NCBI GenBank assembly: GCA_964016885.1
Contig: OZ024740.1
Span: forward strand, 351,044,001 to 351,108,000
Length of the DNA: 64,000 nucleotides
Source of the DNA: Eledone cirrhosa
Lineage: Eukaryota
Direction: 5' to 3'
A model generated the notes under the pieces. The model did not search any database. It saw nothing but the letters and a program-made list of their open reading frames with translations, and had not been told where the DNA came from. Shown here one piece after another: positions 53,380-64,000 of the stretch (its first letter is position 1; every line of letters starts with the position of its first letter). Made by a program: the position numbers and the translations under genes.

Positions 53380-54858
53380 AAATAAAGTTAAATAAAAGTC
53401 AAATGATTAAAATTTAGCTTCGTTTATTATTGCTATATATATTTCAGTGACAGCCATCTTTGGCTGTGACCTCTTCAGGCAGTTTGAATTAGTATGGTAT
53501 AGACAAGTACATATGTTGTTTAGGTGTATGATATTGTCAATACTCTGATATGCCCAGTTCCTTGTTGGGTTGTTAATTCACTGGGGAACTGGAGTCATAT
53601 GAATTCAAACAAACGAATTTTCGTGTCACAGGTCCCCTTCTCCTCTCATTGGTCAGTTATTAGAACATTCCTCATTCTAAGTGTTGTTATTGTTGGAGTT
53701 AGCTTAAAAATTGATAAAATGGTAGAAGGGACAAGGTGTTAAAGGAACAAAATAACAAAAAAAGTGTCAAACTTCCCATTGTTCAGTTCTGAGATCATTC
53801 CTCAGTCAGAAGTCTATAGAATTCTTTCTGGGGTGAGGCTCCCTGTAGTATTTTTGCCTGCTATTGTTCAGTACATTTGACCTCCACCATTATTTTGGTA
53901 CTGTTGTTGTTGTAGTGGTCAGCATATATCTTGCTGCTGCTAACAATTTAGAAGTATCCAGTTTGTGTTTTTTCTTCATACCTCCCGGCACCATCGTAGT
54001 GGTGGTGGTGGGTGGGGAGGGGGGTTCTTTCATGTATATGAAGAAATATAAGGCAATAAATGAAGAAAACAGAAAATAAATAAATAATATAATAAAATAA
54101 AATAATTAATATAATTTGTGTAATTTGAAAATAAATAAATAAATAGAGAATAAAGAATAAAGAGTAAATGAGAGATTGGTGAAAAAGTAATGATAATGTA
54201 TATGGAGAAGTGAGAAATAATGTAGGATAAAGTGTGTGTGTGTGTGCTATAACCAATCTCAAGGTCAGAATATGTTGGATAGATTGGTATGATACAAGAT
54301 GTTAAGATAAGATATTCAATGTGTTTGTGTTATAATCTATCTCAACTTAAAATAAATATAAGTTGATACAGTGAAGAGGGCAGAAAACAAATAACAAATT
54401 AATAAAGAGAAATCAAGATTTAAGATTGGAACTTGAAAGTCAGAAATCTGGTAAATTAAAAGTGTTTGTGTTATAGATGTTGGCCAAATTATTATGGCTG
54501 TGTCCGATTCTATCTCTAGGCTATCATGGTGTCTGCTCCGCCTGGGTTGTTCCCTATGGCTTGAGGGGAGTTCACAACCTAGGGTGTTGTTATTGCCCAT
54601 ATAGCTTGAGGGAGGTTTGGCCGAGAGGTGTTTTCATGTTCTGTAGAAGTCCCTATAGCTTGAGGGGAGTTCACATCTTCTTGTGTTGCTACTGTCCATA
54701 TATTTTGAGAAAGGTCCCGGCTCTAAGGTGTCTGCATGTCCCGAAGAAGTCGGTTCTGAGGTTTATCAGGCCGCTTCCATCTCTTAGTATCTCGAGGGTC
54801 TCGTTCAGGCATAGTTTGCATATGCAAGATCCCCCTTTATCGGGTGGTACTTTCCTGA

Positions 54859-55530
54859 TTATGTACCAGGCCAGTTCCCCCCCCCCCCACGTGTCCTGCG
54901 GTTGGGGTTGTCCGTCCTGGGGTAGTTAGCGTCACGCCTGAGACTGCTACTCATATTGTGCTCCATCTCGTGGTCAAGCTCACTAGTCCCGGCCACCCGT
55001 GTGGTGGTGTCTGGTACATGGTGCCTATTTGATTCTGCTCTGCCTGTATTGTTAGAGTTCGCCCTCCCCCCTCTGGCAACGCGGTTGTGGGTGTCTGTTG
55101 GGCTATACACCTGCCGGCTTTTCGGACTATATGTTATATTTTGTCCATGTGCCGCCTTCTTTAGAGCTGCGTTGTAATATTCCGCGTGGTTGTTGAATAT
55201 TTCCTTACTTGCGGACAGGCTGGAGATCCTGTCCGAGACACTCTTCACCACTGCCTTAGTTATGGATCTAGGGTGGTTTGCTTTGGCGTTAACATATACG
55301 AGTTTCTCGTTGGGCTTGTGGTAGGGGTAGTATTGCTCGGTGTTCAGGTTTAGGGTGGTGTCTAGGAAGTTAACTACCTTCCTATTTGGGTCTATTTCTA
55401 TGCTGAGCCCCTGGTTCTTAAAGAAATGGCGAATACGCCTCCTCATACTCTCCAACATATTGGTGCTGTGGTCATGTACTGTGAATAGAGCATCGTCACG
55501 ATATAATCCGCCGCCCAGGCAGGGGATTTC
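54859..55530 (-). CDS. PLE reverse transcriptase C-terminal part/thumb fragment
   Basis: ORF 54859-55551; its first codons lie in the inverted arm. Confidence 0.85.
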   Translation of the reverse strand, partial: EIPCLGGGLYRDDALFTVHDHSTNMLESMRRRIRHFFKNQGLSIEIDPNRKVVNFLDTTLNLNTEQYYPYHKPNEKLVYVNAKANHPRSITKAVVKSVSDRISSLSASKEIFNNHAEYYNAALKKAAHGQNITYSPKSRQVYSPTDTHNRVARGGRANSNNTGRAESNRHHVPDTTTRVAGTSELDHEMEHNMSSSLRRDANYPRTDNPNRRTRGGGGNWPGT

Positions 55531-55637
55531 ATTTCCCCAGTGAATTAACAACCCAACAAGGAACTGGGCATATCAGGGTATTGACAATATCATACACCTA
55601 AACAACATATGTACTTGTCTATACCATACTAATTTAA

Positions 55638-55692
55638 ACTGCCTGAAGAGGTCACAGCCAAAGATGGCTGTCACTGAAATATATATAGCAGT
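55638..55692 (+). ncRNA. type I hammerhead in P5 pseudo-LTR
   Basis: ACTGC-CTGAAGA-GGTCACAGCCA-AAGA-TGGCTGTCACT-GAAA-TATATA-TA-GCAGT; mirror at 53429-53483 (-). Confidence 0.82.
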
Positions 55693-55841
55693 AATAAACG
55701 AAGCTAAATTTTAATCATTTGACTTTTATTTAACTTTATTTTACACTACTCCGGAGTAACCAAACCAACCTGCGCACTTCGTCGAGTGCTCCAGCCTGCA
55801 TACTGAGGTGTTGGTATACAACCAACATAAACTCAAAATCT

Positions 55842-56295
<454 letters not shown>

Positions 56296-56389
56296 GCAGA
56301 CAATGGAATCACCTGGCATAATTGTAAGGGTGTTGGACTTACGATCATAATGTCGTGGGTTCGATTCCTGGGTTGCGTATATATATATA

Positions 56390-56929
56390 TTAGAAAGTGA
56401 GGTTATTTTTACAAAATGAAAAATAACCGAGGTGTCCTACACGAGTGAAAGAATAAAGAAAAAAAGATGAAATCGAAAATGCAACTGGAGTCTTATTTTT
56501 TTTTTTAAATATATATATTTATTTGGTTCCTTTACCGGTTTCGCAGTTCTTCTGCTTTTCAAAAGTACGGTTGAGATGGAGGATCTGTGGTTATTCTCAC
56601 ATCTGGTTGGTCTCTGAATGTTACTTGTTTTATATGGAAAAAGTGGCTCGAAATGCCAGGTTTTTCGAGAAGTAATTTCATTGGTTGGTGAATAATTATA
56701 ATAAATTTCGCGCCAGTTCGCGTTACAATAGTTCTCAAATAAGAGGGGGGTGTTTTTTTTATATATGAGTGTTTGAATCTCTTTTTTATTGAAAAAAGGG
56801 GCTCACGAAGGCTTTTTTTTAAAAACAGCGTAATTTGATTGGTTATAAATGAAATTATGGCTGTCACGTGAACAAGTTTTCATTACATTTTCGCGCCCTT
56901 ATTTGGAAATCCATTCTGTAGCCTTTTTA

Positions 56930-56930
<1 letters not shown>
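56390..56930 (-). mobile_element. longer non-coding copy of the 52987 family
   Basis: 56390-56604 matches the reverse complement of 53133-53347. Confidence 0.85.
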
Positions 56931-56960
<30 letters not shown>

Positions 56961-56963
<3 letters not shown>

Positions 56964-57888
56964 GATATTAAACAAATGGAAACTATATTTATAAAACCAT
57001 ATTTATTTCGTCATATATATTTCTGGGATATCATATTAAAAATATGGTATGCCTTCCTCAGACAAAATACAATACATAAGCTGTTTTATAAATAATTTTT
57101 GACATACCTTATAATAATGCAACTTCCATTTAAAAAGTTGATTTGGTAGTGAAACTGTTATGACAGTTATATAGAAAGAAAAACGAAGATGAGAAGAAGA
57201 AGATGAAGAGATGTATGTAAATAAAAAATGTATGTAAATAAAAAAAGAAGAAGATGAAGAGATGTATGTAAAGAAAAACAACAGAGCGAGATAGAGAGAC
57301 AAGGAGATATGGGAGAGAGAAATACATTGAGGAACTGAAAAAATATAGTAGGCAGCTTTTGGACAGATGATCATCGTATATGTGAGAGGTTAAGGAGGGA
57401 AGGGATACAGTTAAACTAGCCGACACATAAATCACGTCCAGTGTATAGGAGAAAAAGAAAGAAAGATGATATATTTAAAATATATTAAAAATATATTATG
57501 TCTCATCCATATGAATTATCAATTTTTATGAATTAGGTATTATAATGTAAATATCAGTATTCATGAATGAGACACATATCCATAATGTGTGAAAAAAAAT
57601 GACCACATGCTTAGTTTAAAAATTCTTAGGTCTATAAGCAAAATCTGAGATAAAACTTCAAACATAAGTATATATGCATTCTCATGAAAAAAGAAAAAGA
57701 GAAAAGAGAAGGTATACCATATTTTTAATATGATATCCCAGAAATATATATAACGAAATAAATATGGTTTTATAAATATAGTTTCCATTTGTTTAATATC
57801 GTAAACCTACTCCAGAAACTGTTGAGTGCTTTTATATCAGTTATAAAATATTTACTCGTTGTAACCCAACAATCTTAAATAAAACTTT

Positions 57889-57890
<2 letters not shown>
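56961..57890. mobile_element. inverted-repeat element with hammerhead and tail
   Basis: 96-bp arms 56961-57056/57708-57803; minus-strand TGT-CTGAGGA-AGG..CCA-GAAA-TATATA-TG at ~57008-57064; tail 57804-57891. Confidence 0.8.
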
Positions 57891-57926
<36 letters not shown>

Positions 57927-57974
57927 AAAGTTTTATTTAAGATTGTTGAACCCAACAATCTTAAATAAAACTTT

Positions 57975-58008
<34 letters not shown>

Positions 58009-58184
58009 AAAGTTTTATTTAAGATTGTTGGGTTACAACGAGTAAATAAAACTTTTGTATATATATATATATATATACAAAAGTTTTATTTAAGATTGTT
58101 GGGTTACAACGAGTAAATATTTTATAACTGATATAAAAGCACTCAACAGTTTCTGGAGTAGGTTTACGATATTAAACAAATGGA

Positions 58185-58224
<40 letters not shown>

Positions 58225-58230
58225 TCCATT
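57778..58230. repeat. nested fold-back duplications centred on (TA)n
   Basis: CAACAATCTTAAATAAAACTTTTG(TA)nCAAAAGTTTTATTTAAGATTGTTG recurs (third left arm shorter). Confidence 0.88.
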
Positions 58231-58716
58231 TAATTTCGTTTCGTTATTTGTTTTTATCGTCTCCGTTGAACCGGTACGTACTCACACTCTATGCAAATTA
58301 GTCTGCCCACTACTAATTTTCATAGAAAAAGCATATAACGATATGTGCTTTTACGATTCTCCAGAAAGGCCGGTAGATAGGTAAATATTGCTGATGAGTT
58401 GTAACAACAACGAAACTAGTTCAATATTCCTTGTCTGGCTTTCTAGAGAATAGAGGAAAGGTGTTTCCTCAAAAACCAGTATGACTCTAAAAACCGGTTT
58501 GTCTGTGTGTTTACATACAGAATAGCTGGCCACTCACAGTAAAGTGACCAGTGAAAGACTTGGTACATCTACATATGTATACGTGTGTGTATTCATATGC
58601 ATACTAGTATTTCAGTATACATATGTGGATGTACATTTTTAACTTAATTGTTTAAGCGTCAGTCATACAAAAGTGAGTTACAAACGAAACGAAATTTAAT
58701 TTCGTTTCGTTATTTG

Positions 58717-58817
<101 letters not shown>

Positions 58818-61800
58818 CTGTGGGGAGTGGTGCGTTGAACATTGTAATCAAAAGGCGAAGCTATGTGCTTAAATAGTTCATTGTTTTACATACATACTTA
58901 AATACATACATGCATACATATATACTTATATACATACATGATGGCTACAACTTGATTTCGAGTAACGTTATCGTATGATACTAAAGTAGATGTCAGATAT
59001 GAAATGATGTCTGTGCTTGAAGCTTTTTTAAGTGAGGACAAGATTTGCACGGAGCTAATCCCACTCTCTAAACATCGAATGCATTTACCCAAAAAATAAA
59101 ACCAAGTCGCAGGTTTTATATCTGAGTGTCCTTCTCCTAGAAAGATGTCTTAATGAAGACAAAGTGTCTCTCACTCCACTGCCCCCAACTCCTTAAAAAC
59201 ATTATTGACTCTTATGAGTGTTTATGCCTTTTGACGGGTTTTGTTTATCATATTGCGGGGTGTCCAGACCCACTTAGCCTGGTGGCGTTGCCGGTTTAGT
59301 CCCCGACGTGACGACCATGTACAGGTTGTACTGGGTTACATTCAAACATACATATATGCGTGTCTGTGTCTGTGTATATACCTATTTGTGTGTGTGTGTG
59401 TCTGTGAGCAACATGTAGAAATGTCTCGCCAGCAAAAGTAGTTAATCCATACTTCAAATTCATTTGGTTGAATGTTGCAACAATATGATAAATAGTCACG
59501 ATTAGGTTTGAAGCATGGTGAGAAAAAAATTGGAAGTGTTTTCAAAGCGTTTAATAAAACAGTTTTATTAAAACAAATTAAGGCTAAACAGCAAAAACCG
59601 TATTTGCTCTCTATTTTGTTTTACAGTCCAACACAAACATAAGATAACACCTCTTAGACCACTCATGTGCATTTTAAGTGACTTTTTAAGTGACACGCTA
59701 GCAAAAAATTACCTTGATCTTTTTTTATGCGGCCCGCCTTAGGATGAGCCATATCTCGCGTGGTCCATTGTACGAAAATGAATGCCCATCTCTGTCTTAA
59801 ACTTTCATTCATCATCTGAACTGATACCACATACTCACATTAGACAAGAGAAAAAATGCCTCCATTCACTTCGACGTGTCAAACCTGACAGTCTCCCATC
59901 GATTAACCTCAAATAGTTTTCGTCAGGGCAAGCTCATATCCTCAACAAAATATTTGTTCTTTCACGTTTCATGTAGTGTGAAAGAACAAATATCACATTC
60001 TGAAACAGTGCCCTCTATCTCACTGTGTTACGTACTACTTACTCAGGTTCATTTCGTGTTTCCCCCAAACATGTCGAAACATTTAGAAAACATTTGCCAG
60101 TAGTAACTGAACAATCGAGTCCTTTTCAACTGCACTAATACACAATTAAAACACTTATCAAGGAAAGAAAGCTTGTTTTCTAACCTACCATCTATGGGCA
60201 GCATGCGATGTAATTTCACAACTTTAATTTTACAAATATTAGGTCTATGGTGATCTTTCTTGAGACCAAAGACTGGATCTTTTCTTTAGAATCAGAAAAT
60301 AGTTCGGTTCTGTTAGTTGCTGACTCTTTACAGCTAAATTACCATCCACTCTGGCGTGTTAATTACATACCTAGAACTGTTATACACACACATATTCTAA
60401 CTTGCGTACAATCGGCAAAACATTTCAACCATCATGATAAAACCATTGGCTAACAGACGCGCTATTTCTTCCATTTTTCTCTTTCTTGGGCTACTGAGCA
60501 GCCTCTTCTCCTGGTAACTAACAATTTACATACCACTTCTGTTTCAGTCCACCTGATGCGTCTGCCTTTCCTCTTCTCGTCATATTATCCGTATCTAAGC
60601 TCACCCTATACAACTGTCTTTCCTCCTATCGTCTTCCCAATTCAGATATTGCACTGAACTCTTATTGCAATATTTCCTCCATAAGACAGCAACACTCACG
60701 AAATCCTTCCCTGTCCACGGTTTGCTTCCTACGAATACTAACCTATAGAACTCCAAACTGAACATCAAACCCATCGATCTAACTCGTCTGAGAAGGACTA
60801 CAAAGGTTATTGAGGCAGCCCTCATCGTTCCATTAATTAATTTTTTTAAATAACTTTTGCTGTTCTTTATTTATCATTATTGTTTTAATTAGATCATTGT
60901 CGTGAGCAAATTATCCGTGGAAATTTTCCCAAATCATTGATCTGCGGCGCACATACATTAATCAATATTTACAATAGACAAACAGACAGATTCATAGAGA
61001 AATAGATATATAGAGAAAGACAGAGAGAGAGAGGGGGACGAATAAGGGAGAGAGTGAGAGCCATATACGTGTGTACAATTTATATTATCTGATCCTTATC
61101 ATAATTCAATATGTAATTTTTATTGTTTTTATTAGCTAAACACATTAGCTGCTTGCTTCATACCTCAGTATCTCTACTTAGAGAGCAAAAGCCTGGTTAT
61201 AGCTAACCAGACGAATATGTTGGTTAATCTAACGCTATTTGTTTATCTGTCTCCCATGGAAAAAAAAAATCAAAATCAAATATTAGTAAATGAGAATTTT
61301 AAAAAGAATTTCTAACGAAAAAAATAATAACTTACTGAAAATTAATTATCGCAAATACCTTTTTTTTTTCTTCATAAATAGAACAAAAAACAGAAAACGG
61401 AAAATAAGAGTAAAGATGAAAAGTAAAATTGAATATCTATAGTTCTAAGTTGATTTAATGCATTGCTTTTTACAATGTATATTTCTTATCTTTGTAATTT
61501 CCCACCAATAATGGCTTCTATTAGAATGTTATTAGAATTTCCATTGTTGTAGTTATTAAGAAAATGGGTATTTACTGTCATACTCTTGCATTGTTTTTTT
61601 TTAAGCTTTTTTTGTTTTGTTTTACATTTCTCTTCTGTTATCAATAGTCATAAACAACAACATGAAAAGTAACAACACATATGGCAGGTCTTTCTGATGT
61701 TAGTTGCTTATTGAAGCATGTATTCATCCTCATATTTGATTCTGTGTTTTAAATGAACACGAGTTGAATATTCGTATAATCGTTTGGGCATGCTAGAGTA

Positions 61801-63377
61801 GGATGCTATAAAGGAAAGTTTATTCGTCCCGTACTTCCGGAGATACCAATTTATTGTTTAATGGTATGTAGCTTATTAAACATAATACATACATCTAGAT
61901 GTCCATCTCATGTTGAGGAAATTAATCTCAGCGTTTCGATATATACATCTTTATTTTGTTTTATTCATTTTTTATTACTTATTTATGGCATTCTTTACAG
62001 TATATATCATATAGAAATTAATTCTACTGGAACAGAACTGCTTCATTCCTTTGAAACTACCATGAAACGACTTTCATTGTGATTTCAAATGAATGAAACA
62101 GTTCTAGTCATGTAGAGGTCAATTCGTTCCATATTACATAAACACGTACCTTATCTACTAATGTATTGAGTACTTTATTTAACTATGGTTCCCGTTCGTT
62201 CCTCATCGGAAAACCATTCTTGATTATATATAGTGACGTCACAGATTTAGATGTCGTGTCGTGTTGATGACAGAATTATTCACAGAAATCTCTTCATGGA
62301 CCAAATAAGCATTTTGAATAAATATTTTGAACAGAGGTTTCTTTGGTTAGATGCCTTAATCATTCAAGAGAGGTAGGCATTGGTTTGGAGTCACAAATAT
62401 ATATATATGTGCATGTGGAGGAAGTAACTGACATTCTTTAGCTCACTCCATTTCGTAACTGTTGTGCTTAGAGACAATGGAACATCTTACTGTGAAATAA
62501 ACTCTATATTTATCAATTGTCGTTATTGATATAAGTTACCTAGCAGTTAACATAATTCCTGAGAGATTTACATTTTCTGGAAGTCTTTCAACTAAGAAAC
62601 CACAGCCAAATACTCAGAGTATCGAGGCCAAACTCTCTGTGGAACTCTCATATTTGACGAACTTCCTTGTATTATATTTTGTAGCCGACACTATTTCTGA
62701 ATCTTTAGATCAGAAGTGATGTTATGATGTTACCCGTAATCCCTCATTAGATAGCCAACACCCATGGACAATTTCTTTCTATGTCTGCCATTTTTTTTTT
62801 TTTTTTTTCTTGCCATAGCTTACTTTTAGTTTCACAAGATCTGCTTAAATCATTTCCAGTGATCGTTTGTGTACTTTTCAATCGTATGATTGGAGCTGAG
62901 TAAGTTGTTTCTATGGAAACCTTTAGTTACCTATTCCGATTCAAAGCTGAAATAAATCAGGAATGTTCGGCTGAAAACAAGGAAATTCATTGAATGTGAG
63001 CATTCTACAGATGGTTAGTCCGCAATACCCCAGCAACCAATTTGAAAGATTTAGAGCATATATAAATCACACTAGAATAATGTCCATTATTAGGTAGCGT
63101 ACAATAGTGACAATCGATAAATGCAACTGTTGCTGTATAATGAAATGTTATCTTGTTTCCAAACTCAACAATTTAAGGAGACCAAAGTATGGGGGTTTTA
63201 AGTCTATTTGAGCTTTCACATCTAATGACAGCGCAATTTTTTCCGCACATTATCCAATATGTTTAAACACACACACACACACACAAATCCATACATAAAT
63301 ATTAATTAGAGGTTAATTAGTCTCTAATACCCAAGCTAGTTTGTTTATACTCCCAGAATTAGTGTTTTTCTCATTTA

Positions 63378-63428
<51 letters not shown>

Positions 63429-63431
<3 letters not shown>

Positions 63432-63822
63432 TTAAGTCGTTTGGAAGCCTCGACAATACAGATGGGTAAATCTCCGGGTTACAAGATCCGGTGGTGGAGA
63501 GAGAGATGTAAGTGGGTGGACGTTGAGATGCGTGGCGTGTGTAAGACTGTAACGTGTAGAGAATGAAGCAAAGAGCGTAAAGGATAAAAATGAAAATAAC
63601 AACACGAGAAAGAGTTACCTTGGGAGAGATTTAATTGTCCCTATATATTTCGGATTCACATCCATCAACTGGGGGGGTTTCGGGGGGGGGGAGAGTTGTC
63701 TGTCGGAAAGGTGCGAAACGTGTACTCCACTGTTCGTTGTTTTGAATATCTGAGGTATTCCAAACGACTTAAAGAAATTTACCTTATTATTCCACAATGC
63801 TTCAAGCAAACTTCAATACTCT

Positions 63823-63823
<1 letters not shown>
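63429..63823 (+). mobile_element. inverted-repeat element with tail in (TA)n
   Basis: TCTTTAAGTCGTTTGGAA / TTCCAAACGACTTAAAGA; GAAACGTGTA half-motif. Confidence 0.55.
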
Positions 63824-63895
<72 letters not shown>

Positions 63896-64000
63896 CAACA
63901 TTAAACGTGTATTGCATCTAACAACAAACTAAGAGAAAGAATATTTTGCAACATCACCAGAATAAAGGAGTTTTTCGAGAAGCAACCACAATTCTGCATA

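Larger units (their letters stand above)
53378..55840 (-). mobile_element. Penelope-like element family P5, 5'-truncated, internally deleted, inverted pseudo-LTR
   Basis: GLYRDD, NFLDTTLNL, YHKP..YVNAKANHP; GIY-YIG C-end WYIIRK..CKLCLNE..CRH at ~54870-54690; 211-bp arms 53378-53588/55533-55743; tail to ~55840. Confidence 0.9.

Noticed and set aside
59800-63260. Repeat-poor stretch as host exons
   Set aside because: No long ORF, recognisable domain or convincing splice pattern; small exons cannot be excluded without RNA-seq
63638-63676. Minus-strand CAGTTGA-TGGA..TCC-GAAA-TATA-TA hammerhead
   Set aside because: Two core substitutions including A6; at best a dead relic

Overview
AT-rich, microsatellite-saturated eukaryotic DNA. 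The repeat content (tRNA-derived SINEs, RTE, R4/Dong, CRE and Penelope-like retroelements, very long (TA)n/(CA)n/(TGTA)n arrays) is typical of an octopus/cephalopod genome; this is inference, not a database match. I found no convincing host protein-coding exon, and most listed ORFs are translated microsatellite. Two things stand out. (1) A Penelope-like element (PLE) ecosystem: five coding PLE remnants plus many short non-coding elements inserted in (TA)n, carrying about 20 type I hammerhead-ribozyme motifs. These include compensatory U3:A8 core variants and very long stem II inserts, with a recurring 'tailed arm + inverted tail-less arm' architecture and one 739-bp direct-repeat retrozyme-like unit. 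(2) A ~2.4-kb non-retro cassette (34935-37370) holding an intact three-exon SGNH/GDSL hydrolase-like gene (213 aa, two 55-57 nt phase-0 GT-AG introns, not assembled by the ORF track). It converges on a BACK-domain-like ORF and is surrounded by short tandem repeats, suggesting cargo of a DNA transposon or virus-like element. All alignments and folds were done by eye; family names and activities need computational or experimental confirmation.
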